A stretch of 64,000 bases of DNA, taken from Candidatus Dojkabacteria bacterium. Its GTDB lineage: Bacteria; Patescibacteriota; Dojkabacteria; GCA-002793355. Of this stretch, positions 18,488-28,130 are shown piece by piece (position 1 is the stretch's first letter; each line of letters begins with the position of its first letter). Location: assembly GCA_030583825.1 (NCBI GenBank), contig CP129477.1:1024221-1088220 (forward strand), in the 5' to 3' direction. Both the position numbers and the translations under genes were made by a program. Below the pieces are notes generated by a model. It was not told where the DNA came from and searched no databases. It worked only from the letters and a program-made list of their open reading frames with translations.

Positions 18488-21328
18488 ATGAGATTAAGAC
18501 GGCAAGCTCTTCACAAAATATTCACCACCATTCCTTTTGTTGCATTTTCTATATTAATAATCGCATTTCTTTTAAAAAAAGTTGATTTCTCTCAATGGCT
18601 TATTCTTTCGACAGACGACCATGTATTGGGCGAAGATCAGCTACCTGAACCAATAGCATATTGGGCTCTTAATGAAAAATCCGGACTTGAAGCAACAGAT
18701 AGCACCCTCGATGCTGCAAATGGAACACTTGTAAACATGCTGGGAACCGAATGGGCCCTGGGTCGTATTGGAAATTCGCTAGTATTTGACGGTATTGATG
18801 ACTATGTCACAGTAAGCGATGCTGCCAAATTAAACGTTGATAATGCTGAGTCATTCGCAATATCAGGATGGTTCAAAACTAATGCTTCTGTTACTTCTAA
18901 TGCGCTAATCATAGGTAAGGGTGGACTAAATACATCACAGCCAGGGTATTCTGTATATTTGAACGCTTCCGGTCAAATAGCATGTGGTATTTCTGATAAT
19001 GCGACATTCCCTAAAAACATAGCAATTTCAAGCGATAGTTTCGATGATGAAGAGTGGCACTTCTTTACCTGTGTTAAAAACGCAAACAGCACGCTTCAAT
19101 TATATGTAAATGGTTTGCTGCGACATAGTGTTGCTGTTACCTCCGCAAGCTTAACGAACTCCGAGAATTTGCTCATTGGTTCTGCATTCCCCGGAATTAT
19201 TGATGAAGTAAAACTCTATGACATTCCCCTTTCCAGCAACGACGTAGCCAATTTCTATAATCAGCAGGCTTCAATTATGGGCTTAACCTCTGTTGTATCA
19301 AATGATGGACTTGTCGGTTATTGGAAAATGGATGAAAGTGCCTGGACTGGTGCTGCTGGGCAAGTTATAGATAACAGCGGAACTGGAAACCATGGAACAT
19401 CCACTGGCGCAAACACCACAACAGGCAAGATAGACAGGGCCGGAAGCTTCGCAGGAAACGTTAACTCTAACGTGAATGTCGGTAATAAAGCGAATCTGAA
19501 TTTTGGAACAGGAAATTTTACACTAAGCACTTGGGTTTATTTTGATAGTACTGCTCCAACCAATATAAACACGATCATGTCTAAAAAGGTTAGTGGAGCA
19601 AACGCAGCAGGATACGCATTATGGATAAATACGTGGAACACAGCAGATAGAGCGGTAAGATTCGCACTCGCTAACGGAAGCAGCGGTGTCGAGGTAACAA
19701 GTGGCGTAGCAGGCATTCAAGATAATACCTGGACTCATATTGCTGCGGTTAGAAAAGAAGGCGCTCTGTATTTATATGTCAACGGTATTTTAAAAGGTAC
19801 AGGTACATATGCAGGTTCTGTGAGCACTACAAATCCTTTTTATTTTGGCAGACATCAAAACAGCTATCCTTTTAAAGGTCTTATTGACGATACTCGAGTT
19901 TATAATCGCCCATTGAGCCATAGTGAAATAATAACACTAGCTATGAACGCTCCACCTTCTACAGAAGATCTTATAGCTGGAACTGAAATGACAATTTCTT
20001 CCCCGCTTATTTATTGGAAGTTTGATGAGAAGTCCGGAGCAACAACAATCAACACTGGAAGCATGGGAGCAAGCGGCAACGGAACACTCAATAACTTCTC
20101 AAATGACCTCAGAGTACTTGGAAAGATCGGCTCAGCTATAAAATTTGATGGAGTTGATGATTATATTTCAACACCTGACCACGCATCTTTTACGTGGGGA
20201 AACCAGTTAACCGTATCCGCGTGGTTTAAGTCAGGAAGTATCTCGGAAGCAAAATCACTTGTTGCGAAATCAGGAAATACATCACAGTTTGAATTTCATC
20301 TTTCTCTTGAAACCGATGGGCGTGTAAGATGTTGGATTTCGACAAATGGAACAGCAAATGTGCCACTCGCATTTAGCGCGTCCATAAACTACACCGACAA
20401 CCAATGGCATTTTGCAAGTTGCGTATATAACGGCTCTAATTTATTAGTATCTGTGGATGGTACACGAGGTACGGCAGTAAGCAGAAGTGGAAATATATTT
20501 AACGGTACTAATTCATTAACTGTAGGAGGAGATCCTGGCTGGACAGGAAATAACTGGTTTTTTAATGGGCAGATAGATAATGTAAAGGTTTGGAATACTG
20601 CATTAACCTGGAGAGAACTTATGTTGGAATATAATAGTGGAGCTCCGATTGCTTATTGGAAGCTGGATGAAGGCTCTGGTACAACAGCATTGGACTACAG
20701 TGGCAATGGATTACATGGAACACTTACAAATATGGATCCTGCAACTGATTGGTTATCTGGAACAAGTTGCAAACTTAACGGATGTCTCGATTTGGATGGA
20801 ACTAATGATCACATTTCAATTTCAAACAGTAACTTTTTCAACTTCGCGAGAACCAGCGATTTTTCAGTATCTGGGTGGATAAAAATATCAGGTGCACAAC
20901 CGACATCAAATCCTTGGTCACAATATACGGTTATAGAAAAATGGAATGGCGCAGCGGGAGGATATCCTTTTGTTATAAGATATTCGTCGGACAGTCACTC
21001 AGTTTTAGCCGCTAGGTACGATGGTACGAATAATCCAATGATATCTGGTACAACCATAATTGATGATGGGAAATGGCATCATGTGTTGTTTACAAAAAAC
21101 TCTTCAGTATTATCTCTTTATATTGATGGTGTTCTAAATGGGACAATAACAGACTCTACGACTGGTACCACTAACAACAACAGTAATTTGTATTTCGGGT
21201 TACGTGCGGTACAGAACTTTGGCCCGTGGAAAGGCAATCTCGACGAAATAAAAATATATAACTATGGGTTTAATCAGTCTGACGTAAGTAAAGACTATAA
21301 CCTAGGAGCTGCCTTAAGGTTTGAATAA
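18488..21328 (+). CDS. membrane-anchored surface protein with four tandem LamG / concanavalin-A-like lectin (Laminin_G_3-type) domains
   Basis: 946 aa with an N-terminal TM helix. Four repeats of about 200 aa each share YW(K/A)(L/M/F)DE.SG...SGNG.HGTL.N...W..G..G.A..FDG.DDY..... (F/L)(T/S)(V/I)S(A/G)W(F/I)K..........KG... and end with IDEVKLYD / IDDTRVYNRPLS / IDNVKVWNTAL / LDEIKIYN, the LamG_3 C-terminal motif. Confidence 0.7.
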   Translation: MRLRRQALHKIFTTIPFVAFSILIIAFLLKKVDFSQWLILSTDDHVLGEDQLPEPIAYWALNEKSGLEATDSTLDAANGTLVNMLGTEWALGRIGNSLVFDGIDDYVTVSDAAKLNVDNAESFAISGWFKTNASVTSNALIIGKGGLNTSQPGYSVYLNASGQIACGISDNATFPKNIAISSDSFDDEEWHFFTCVKNANSTLQLYVNGLLRHSVAVTSASLTNSENLLIGSAFPGIIDEVKLYDIPLSSNDVANFYNQQASIMGLTSVVSNDGLVGYWKMDESAWTGAAGQVIDNSGTGNHGTSTGANTTTGKIDRAGSFAGNVNSNVNVGNKANLNFGTGNFTLSTWVYFDSTAPTNINTIMSKKVSGANAAGYALWINTWNTADRAVRFALANGSSGVEVTSGVAGIQDNTWTHIAAVRKEGALYLYVNGILKGTGTYAGSVSTTNPFYFGRHQNSYPFKGLIDDTRVYNRPLSHSEIITLAMNAPPSTEDLIAGTEMTISSPLIYWKFDEKSGATTINTGSMGASGNGTLNNFSNDLRVLGKIGSAIKFDGVDDYISTPDHASFTWGNQLTVSAWFKSGSISEAKSLVAKSGNTSQFEFHLSLETDGRVRCWISTNGTANVPLAFSASINYTDNQWHFASCVYNGSNLLVSVDGTRGTAVSRSGNIFNGTNSLTVGGDPGWTGNNWFFNGQIDNVKVWNTALTWRELMLEYNSGAPIAYWKLDEGSGTTALDYSGNGLHGTLTNMDPATDWLSGTSCKLNGCLDLDGTNDHISISNSNFFNFARTSDFSVSGWIKISGAQPTSNPWSQYTVIEKWNGAAGGYPFVIRYSSDSHSVLAARYDGTNNPMISGTTIIDDGKWHHVLFTKNSSVLSLYIDGVLNGTITDSTTGTTNNNSNLYFGLRAVQNFGPWKGNLDEIKIYNYGFNQSDVSKDYNLGAALRFE

Positions 21329-21381
21329 ATCTCTTACAAGTTTTTCTCATAGCAGAATGAACTTAAGTAACTGCGTATATT

Positions 21382-21777
21382 CTATGGCTTAAAATACTCC
21401 TGCCAAAGACCAAGAGTAATGAAATACATTAGGCCGAGAATCAGCATCATCGAGATATACTTATTTTTTAGCTCGCGTGTTTTTAAAGTTTTCTCTTGGT
21501 CTGATAAATCTTTTCGTTTTTTATAAATATTACCAATAAATGGAGATATCAGTATACTTACTACCACAACACTCACCGGAAAAACAATAGGAAACAATTC
21601 CCAGTAATCTAAAGGTTCTGGGTTGCCATAAGAAACAATTGCAGTTGTATTATCCAAAGTATCATAAACTTTAAAAGTAAAAGGCGCTATTCCAAAGCCT
21701 AAAAGTATTGTGATAAGGAGAATAATAGAGCTATATGTGCTTACTGGCCAATCTTTTTTCATTAATAATAGTAGCAC
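21382..21777 (-). CDS. hypothetical small membrane protein (3 TM)
   Basis: 131 aa with hydrophobic segments. No homology recognised. Confidence 0.35.
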   Translation of the reverse strand: MLLLLMKKDWPVSTYSSIILLITILLGFGIAPFTFKVYDTLDNTTAIVSYGNPEPLDYWELFPIVFPVSVVVVSILISPFIGNIYKKRKDLSDQEKTLKTRELKNKYISMMLILGLMYFITLGLWQEYFKP

Positions 21778-21906
21778 AAATCAGATTTGAGTGTTGATGG
21801 CGAGAAGGCGCTACGCTGCTCTCACTTCCTTCGAGAACGCCCTCGTAGCCCTATTTCTTTCAACAAAGCTGTTCCACACTGCACTTTCAGTGCAAAATGA
21901 AAACAG

Positions 21907-21980
21907 AGCTGGTGGTGGGAATCGAACCCACGACCCCCTCTTTACGAAAGAGATGCTCTGGCCAACTGAGCTACACCAGC
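21907..21980 (-). tRNA. tRNA-Thr (anticodon CGT)
   Basis: GCTGGTG ta GCTC agttggcca GAGC a TCTCT tTCGTaa AGAGG gggtc GTGGG ttcgatt CCCAC CACCAGC t, read from the minus strand. Confidence 0.85.
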
Positions 21981-23242
21981 CCGAAAGACGGAGAACGTGC
22001 CATTTTATCATGTTTTTTCTGAAAGCGGTACACCGACTGATACAATCCTAGTAACAGGAAATTAGAAATTAATGACGAACCTCCATACGACATAAAGGGC
22101 AAAGCAACACCTTTTGTAGGCAAAAGTCCAAGATTCATGCCAATATTAATAAATACTTCGATCCAAAGTTTTACCATGAGCCCAAATACAATGTATTTTT
22201 CGTAGGGATCTTCGAGCTGGATTGCCACGTACGCCATTCGCGTGAGCAAAAGAACATACAGCATAATTAATAAAAACGCTCCTGCCATACCGCGTTCCTC
22301 CGTAAATGCGGCAAAAATAAAGTCTGTACGAAACTCCGGAAGAAATTGCAACCGGCTTTGTGTTCCCTGCCCTGCTCCTTTTCCCCAGATGCCACCCGAC
22401 CCAATTGCAATTTTTGCCTGAAGTACCTGAAACGATTCTTCCTGCTCACTGACAAAGGATAAAATACGCTCTTTTTGATAGTCCTTAAGAATGTTAAAGT
22501 GCCACATTCCCCACAATGATGCTCCGGCAAGAATAAACGCCGCAATAACCCCTCCGCCAAGCAATACAAAGCTTGGGCTACGTAAGGAAAGAGCAACTAA
22601 AATAATTATAGGTAGAAGCAAAAAAAGCCAGGAGACGGCATATGCAAGGTATGCACCAATAACAATGGATATTCCCAGTATAATAATATTCCGTCCCCAC
22701 TGATATTGCACGATGTACATTGCCCACATGAGCAGACAGGTAAGTAACACCATCACAGTTGTACCTGCATCAGGCTGAAGGAATATTAATAAAAGAATAA
22801 TTGCTAGTCCACCAAGAGAAGCACTGGCTTTGTGGACTACGTGCAAGTCGTTACGACTTAAAAAGAAAGCCGTCCATAATATAGTGGCGTATTTAATAAA
22901 TTCGGCTGGTTGGAATAAAAATGGCCCTAAAATATACCAACGTCGAGTAGCATTGACCAGACCTCCCAAAACAAATAATCCGGCAAGAATAACAATTGAT
23001 GCGGTAAGCATCGTAATCTGGAGTATTGTATTCTGTGAATAATAAATACGAATTTGAGAAATAATCCCTAGAATAACAAAGCCAATAAGAAGAAAAATGA
23101 ACTGTTTAATAACAACATTTTCTAACGACCAAACGCGATCATCAGGCTGCTGGGTCGTATAAAGAGTAAAAATACTAAGTAAAACAATTAAAACAGGAAT
23201 AATAAAAACGATGATATCTCCAAACTTTGCTTTTCCATCCAT
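21971..23242 (-). CDS. ftsW: SEDS-family peptidoglycan glycosyltransferase FtsW/RodA
   Basis: 423 aa with 10 TM helices and the conserved FtsW/RodA loop motifs. It sits immediately downstream of ftsZ. Its stop overlaps the tRNA-Thr 5' end by 10 nt. Confidence 0.8.
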   Translation of the reverse strand: MDGKAKFGDIIVFIIPVLIVLLSIFTLYTTQQPDDRVWSLENVVIKQFIFLLIGFVILGIISQIRIYYSQNTILQITMLTASIVILAGLFVLGGLVNATRRWYILGPFLFQPAEFIKYATILWTAFFLSRNDLHVVHKASASLGGLAIILLLIFLQPDAGTTVMVLLTCLLMWAMYIVQYQWGRNIIILGISIVIGAYLAYAVSWLFLLLPIIILVALSLRSPSFVLLGGGVIAAFILAGASLWGMWHFNILKDYQKERILSFVSEQEESFQVLQAKIAIGSGGIWGKGAGQGTQSRLQFLPEFRTDFIFAAFTEERGMAGAFLLIMLYVLLLTRMAYVAIQLEDPYEKYIVFGLMVKLWIEVFINIGMNLGLLPTKGVALPFMSYGGSSLISNFLLLGLYQSVYRFQKKHDKMARSPSFGLV

Positions 23243-23248
23243 GTTACG

Positions 23249-24400
23249 CTAATTCTTACGTCGAAGGAATGCTGGAATTTCTAATTCGTCATCTTCTTGC
23301 ATTGAAGGAATTTCAGGAGGTTTCTTCATTGCTGGTTTTTCTCCTGCAAGTGAAACGTTAACACTAGGTTTCTGTTCTTCGCTTGAGCCTATCTCTCGTG
23401 GAACTTGAACCATTGGCTTTGCAAAATCGGATCCTTGCTTTAAGACTTCATCTGGAAAACCCGCGGCAAGTACTGTCAATTGAATATCGTCATCAAGTTC
23501 TGGATCAATAGATGCTCCGAATTTAATAACAGCACTTGGATCAACCATGTCAGTAATGAGCTGTGCTGCTGCTGCAACTTCCTGCATCGTAAGGCTTTCG
23601 CCACCACGAATATTGAAAAGCAATCCTTTTGCTCCTTGAATAGACATTTCCAAAAGAGGGCTTGTGATAGCTTGTTTTGCAGCCATTTCGGCACGATTCT
23701 CTCCATTGCCGTGACCAATACCCATCATTGCTGTACCAGAGTTTTTAAGAATGCTTCTGACGTCTGCAAAGTCCAGGTTAATAAAGCCTGTCTGCGTTAC
23801 AAGGTTTGAAATGCTCAGGACAGCATTTGCAAGCACTTCGTCAACCTTACGCATTGCTTCAGGAAATGTAAGATTTCTATCAATAATTTCGAGAATTCGC
23901 TGGTTAGGGACAACAATCATTGCATCTGTTTTGTCCTTTAACTTTGAGATTCCTTCTAATGCAACGTCCATTCGTTTTCTGCTTTCAAAAAAGAATGGTT
24001 TTGTAACAACTGCTACTGTTAATGCTCCAAGATTCTTGGCAATACCACTAACAACAGGAATTGCACCTGTTCCAGTTCCACCACCCATACCACCGGTGAT
24101 GAAAATCATGTCTGCGCCATCTAATGTATCGTGAAGTTCGTCTGCGCTTTCTTCTGCTGCCAATGCTCCCACCGTTGGGTCACCACCCGCTCCTAATCCC
24201 TGTGTTAAATTTCCACCAAGCTGCACTTTAATGCTTGCACGAGAGTTTTTTAATACTTGCGCATCTGTGTTTACTGCAACAAATTCAACACCCTCAATAT
24301 TGTAATCATTGATCATTGTGTTGACAGCATTATTGCCACCACCACCGACTCCGACTACTTTTATCATTGCTGCTACATTTGTTGTTGGTTGGACTAACAT
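23249..24400 (-). CDS. ftsZ: cell division GTPase FtsZ
   Basis: GVGGGGNNAVNTM and the tubulin signature GGTGTG are present, followed by a C-terminal linker and tail. Confidence 0.95.
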   Translation of the reverse strand: MLVQPTTNVAAMIKVVGVGGGGNNAVNTMINDYNIEGVEFVAVNTDAQVLKNSRASIKVQLGGNLTQGLGAGGDPTVGALAAEESADELHDTLDGADMIFITGGMGGGTGTGAIPVVSGIAKNLGALTVAVVTKPFFFESRKRMDVALEGISKLKDKTDAMIVVPNQRILEIIDRNLTFPEAMRKVDEVLANAVLSISNLVTQTGFINLDFADVRSILKNSGTAMMGIGHGNGENRAEMAAKQAITSPLLEMSIQGAKGLLFNIRGGESLTMQEVAAAAQLITDMVDPSAVIKFGASIDPELDDDIQLTVLAAGFPDEVLKQGSDFAKPMVQVPREIGSSEEQKPSVNVSLAGEKPAMKKPPEIPSMQEDDELEIPAFLRRKN

Positions 24401-24404
24401 ATTG

Positions 24405-25712
24405 TTATGGGAATATTGATTTAAACATATCTTGGAAGCGTTTTGTCAGACCACTGAACATATTTCCTTCGCCGCCAGATGAGCTTGCTCCTTCTTCCGG
24501 AGAAAGCATTGCATATAAAATCAAGCCTTGTGCTGTTGCAAATTCTGGGCCACTAATTTCGTCAATCATACCTTCCAATCCGTGAGGGTTTCCTACACGT
24601 GCCGGAATACTTAATACATCTTTTACAATACCTGTAATCTTTGGTAATCGTGCAACTCCTCCAACAAGAACCATTCCTGCAGGAACTTTAATATCGTATC
24701 CAACGCGTGAAATTTCTTCTCTGACAAGTTCAAGAATTTCTTCAATACGTGCGCGCACAATTTTCTCAAGTGTATCTTTTGAGACCCTCTCAAGTCCTTG
24801 AATTCCAAGGAATTTCAATTCTACTTCATCTGATGAAGATGTAGTAACTTTTTCTTCTGCATCTTTTTCTTTCTTTGTTCCTTTCTCTGTTTTTGGTGCA
24901 GGTGCAGTTCCAACTGTATCTGCTTCCATAATTTCACGGTAGTGAAGTTTGATTTTTTCTGCTTCTTCAAGTGATGAGAGGTGTAAACCAACGGCAATAT
25001 CGTTTGTGATATTTGCACCACCGACTGCAATTGAGCCGCTATATACAACTCCGCCTTCCTGGAATAAGACAATATCTGTTGTTCCTGCTCCAATATCTAC
25101 TAATACAACGCCGAGTTCCCGCTCTGTATCAGTAAGTACTGCATACGTGCTGGCCCATCCACTAAATACGGTTGATTCAACTGCGATTGCAAGCTTCTGC
25201 ACACACTTTGCAATATTACGAACGATGCTGGAAGGTGCAAGAATAATGTGACAGTTTACTTCAAGACGTGATCCACTCATTCCAATTGGATATTTAATAC
25301 CTGACTGAGCATCTACAGTACACTCTGTTGCCATAATGTGAAGTATTTCGTATCCCTGAGGAACTGTAATTGTTTTTGATGCTTCAATTGCCCTAAAAAA
25401 GTCTTCCTGTGTAATTTCTTCGTGAGTAATTGAGATGATTCCTTTGTTATTTTTGCTGAGAATTGCTTTTCCACTAACTGAAAGATGAACGCTACCAATT
25501 GTAACGTCTGCCATACGCTCTGCAGCACTTAATGCTTGCGCAATAGCATTTACAGCTTCATCAATATTTACAACGAGTCCTTTTTTAATTCCTCGTGCAG
25601 GCACACTTGCAAGACCAATAACTCTTGGTGTTTGTAAGTCTTCAATGCTTGCAATAATTGCGGTAATTTTTGAGGAGCCGATATCTAGTGCCCCAATAAT
25701 TCTTTTAGCCAT
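24405..25712 (-). CDS. ftsA: cell division protein FtsA (actin-like ATPase)
   Basis: 435 aa. Actin-fold phosphate motifs are present (ALDIGSSKITA, DIGAGTTD). It lies 4 nt upstream of ftsZ. Confidence 0.9.
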   Translation of the reverse strand: MAKRIIGALDIGSSKITAIIASIEDLQTPRVIGLASVPARGIKKGLVVNIDEAVNAIAQALSAAERMADVTIGSVHLSVSGKAILSKNNKGIISITHEEITQEDFFRAIEASKTITVPQGYEILHIMATECTVDAQSGIKYPIGMSGSRLEVNCHIILAPSSIVRNIAKCVQKLAIAVESTVFSGWASTYAVLTDTERELGVVLVDIGAGTTDIVLFQEGGVVYSGSIAVGGANITNDIAVGLHLSSLEEAEKIKLHYREIMEADTVGTAPAPKTEKGTKKEKDAEEKVTTSSSDEVELKFLGIQGLERVSKDTLEKIVRARIEEILELVREEISRVGYDIKVPAGMVLVGGVARLPKITGIVKDVLSIPARVGNPHGLEGMIDEISGPEFATAQGLILYAMLSPEEGASSSGGEGNMFSGLTKRFQDMFKSIFP

Positions 25713-25812
25713 GTTCTTTCGTTTTTATTTTAACATTACATTTACAAACTGTATAGTACGTTAATAGTCAAAAGTGGCGTTCGCTCCCCAGCTCTTGTTA
25801 TCAGAAAATGTA

Positions 25813-26607
25813 TCATCTCACTATGACTCTGTCAAATCGTAAATCTATCTCTCGAAACGCTTCTCCTCGTGCTTTTAGACCATTAATTGTATTGCCGTAT
25901 TGTGTCACATAAAAATCTGCGGGGATATCCGGTGAAAAAATAACAGAGTGATCTTCGTACTTAGCTCGCAGGAACTGAGAACTTCCTTCTGTGACACTCT
26001 CGTACGTTTCAGGCTCTTCCAGTCCTGCCTTTTTTGATAGCTCAATTATTTTAACAACAGAAGTAAAAAGAAATGGATTATCGGGCTGCTCTATATTGAG
26101 AATTTCTGGAACTTCGTACCTGGCACAAGATTCGAGCGCAATTTTCTTTATTACCAATTTAGAGTCAACAAGGTAGCAATTTTCCACGTGAGTAAACTTT
26201 ATCGTTGGCTGAATTTCTTCAAGTGTTATGTGCAGCGATGACGGCAGAATTTTATTTGCCTGTACGTTTTGGACAAGTACTGTGCAGTCTTCAACCGACT
26301 TTACAACATCGGCAACTTGGACAGAAAAAATATTTGCACCAAAAAACTGCTTTGTGCATGCAAATATTTCTGACTCTAGAATAAACTTCTTATTTTTAAT
26401 TTCGACAACTTGAATATCACTTACATAAAAGATTGAGCTTGTTAAAAAAAGGTAAATCAAAAAGCCGCCAGTTAGAAATCCAAGATTTTTGAGCGTAATG
26501 AAGGATCTCAGTTTCTGAAAGAAAAGTTTCACGCGTTGGAATTTTCGTGACGGAGTATTCATTTTGTGAAACATGTTAAATTTAGAATTTTTAAATGTTT
26601 CACGCAA
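25813..26607 (-). CDS. ftsQ: cell division protein FtsQ/DivIB-like (TM + POTRA)
   Basis: 264 aa with a single N-terminal TM helix and a POTRA-like domain. Its position upstream of ftsA also supports the call. Confidence 0.55.
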   Translation of the reverse strand: MRETFKNSKFNMFHKMNTPSRKFQRVKLFFQKLRSFITLKNLGFLTGGFLIYLFLTSSIFYVSDIQVVEIKNKKFILESEIFACTKQFFGANIFSVQVADVVKSVEDCTVLVQNVQANKILPSSLHITLEEIQPTIKFTHVENCYLVDSKLVIKKIALESCARYEVPEILNIEQPDNPFLFTSVVKIIELSKKAGLEEPETYESVTEGSSQFLRAKYEDHSVIFSPDIPADFYVTQYGNTINGLKARGEAFREIDLRFDRVIVR

Positions 26608-26655
26608 ATTAGGGCTTTGATTTTGCTTTCTATTTCATAAGCAAAAGAAAAAGAG

Positions 26656-26728
26656 TGCCAAGGGTCAGGATCGAACTGACCACCACTCGCTCTTCAGGCG
26701 AATGCTCTACCAACTGAGCTACCTTGGC
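26656..26728 (-). tRNA. tRNA-Phe (anticodon GAA)
   Basis: GCCAAGG ta GCTC agttggta GAGC a TTCGC cTGAAga GCGAG tggtg GTCAG ttcgatc CTGAC CCTTGGC a. Confidence 0.9.
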
Positions 26729-26794
26729 AGCGGATTGCCGCGCATAAAGCATGGCAACCAAGCAATTATACTCAAAGGACGTGATATTTACAAG

Positions 26795-27598
26795 TTACGG
26801 CGCGGTTACAGTGGGGGTTGGGCTAACCGAAGGTGTTGGTGTCACCGATGGAGAAGCTATTGGTGATAAAAGATCTAGTCGAGGTTTTATAAGCACGCTT
26901 TCCGGTGCAATGTCTTTCGCAGGCAAAAGGTAATGGTGTACTGCGACAAAACTTACTGACCAGGTTCCTTTTTCTTCATCTGCAGGGGTAATTAGCACTT
27001 GGTCGAAGTTAGATGCAAACCCTCCAGAAACTAAAAAGTCCAAAAATCTAAAAATATTCTGTTTTGTTCCAGAAAGTCCGAACGGGCCTTCAATTTTTCC
27101 TAAAGTAATCGCCTGCCCTGTTTGTGCAGTAATTGCACGTTGGGTTTCTGCGTCAATCTCGCGGCGAACGTCTACTTTATCCTCATTCAAATTAAGACGA
27201 GAGACTTCGAGGTCAAATTTTGATGCATTTTGGTTAATAAATGTTGCAAGCTCCGAAAGCTGAATTTCATCAGGAACCAGCTGGCGGGCTTGCTCTAAAT
27301 TGGCATCAATATTTGGTTTTCCCATGCCAACAATTTCATTATATTTATCTTGCAAACGCTTAATTTCAGTCTGTTCTTCTTTTTGCTTGTCTCGAATTTG
27401 AGCAATTTCCTGAATCGTAGGAATATACAGTAAAAATGCCACTAAAAATGTAACAATTACTAATCCAAGAGCAATAAGCCCTGAAACAATAAATCCGCTG
27501 TTATCTTTCTTTTTAGGCTGACGCATTAATAAGGCTGTTGAGCCTCCCTGCTGTTGTGTTTGAATATTATTACTGTCCATTTTGTGCGTAAAGCTCAC
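26795..27598 (-). CDS. pilO: type IV pilus assembly protein PilO-like (TM, coiled coil, C-terminal PT-rich tail)
   Basis: 267 aa. One TM helix, then a coiled coil (IAQIRDKQKEEQTEIKRLQDKYNE), then a PilO-like C-terminal domain. The tail is SPSVTPTPSVSPTPTVTAP. It overlaps the pilN stop. Confidence 0.5.
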   Translation of the reverse strand: MSFTHKMDSNNIQTQQQGGSTALLMRQPKKKDNSGFIVSGLIALGLVIVTFLVAFLLYIPTIQEIAQIRDKQKEEQTEIKRLQDKYNEIVGMGKPNIDANLEQARQLVPDEIQLSELATFINQNASKFDLEVSRLNLNEDKVDVRREIDAETQRAITAQTGQAITLGKIEGPFGLSGTKQNIFRFLDFLVSGGFASNFDQVLITPADEEKGTWSVSFVAVHHYLLPAKDIAPESVLIKPRLDLLSPIASPSVTPTPSVSPTPTVTAP

Positions 27599-28130
27599 TT
27601 AAATTGAGAAAACCTTTGAGTTGAAACGATACTGTCCCAGTCTGCAAGTCTTCTGAAAAAGAGTTTAGGTTTAATTGTGTAATAATTGCCTTATCTTCAA
27701 GAAGCGAGTTCCATATTCGAACTGCAATTAAATACGACGGAGCCTCCAATTGCACAATTAACTCTCCTGCGGCGGTAAAGCTGTACATATTAATATTGGC
27801 TCTGGGGTCAATTTTTGAGTCAATGTATGTTCCGACAATACTTGGACGATATTGCTGCGTTCGGATAACATCCAAAACTGCGGTTTTATATGCGAGTGTA
27901 TAGTAGTCGTCTTGTACCTGACCTAAACCGTCAATTTGGTTTAAAATAGTCACTTTTTGTGATTGCATTTCTTCTACTGTCCCTGTTTCAAAGCCTTTCA
28001 TGAATGTTAATACAACGAAAATGACAATCATAACTCCAACCCAGACAATCAATCCCATAAAGCCTCGAACACCACTATCAACTTTTTTGAGATCTGTTTC
28101 GGTCGCTTGTGGAAGGAGGTTAACACCCAT
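27570..28130 (-). CDS. pilN: type IV pilus assembly protein PilN
   Basis: 186 aa. The N-terminus GVNLLPQ matches the PilN xINLLP signature and is followed by a TM helix. Confidence 0.65.
   Translation of the reverse strand: MGVNLLPQATETDLKKVDSGVRGFMGLIVWVGVMIVIFVVLTFMKGFETGTVEEMQSQKVTILNQIDGLGQVQDDYYTLAYKTAVLDVIRTQQYRPSIVGTYIDSKIDPRANINMYSFTAAGELIVQLEAPSYLIAVRIWNSLLEDKAIITQLNLNSFSEDLQTGTVSFQLKGFLNLSELYAQNGQ

Noticed and set aside
21791-22051. 86-aa (+) and 66-aa (-) ORFs
   Set aside because: Both span tRNA-Thr and the ftsW 3' end, so they are spurious.
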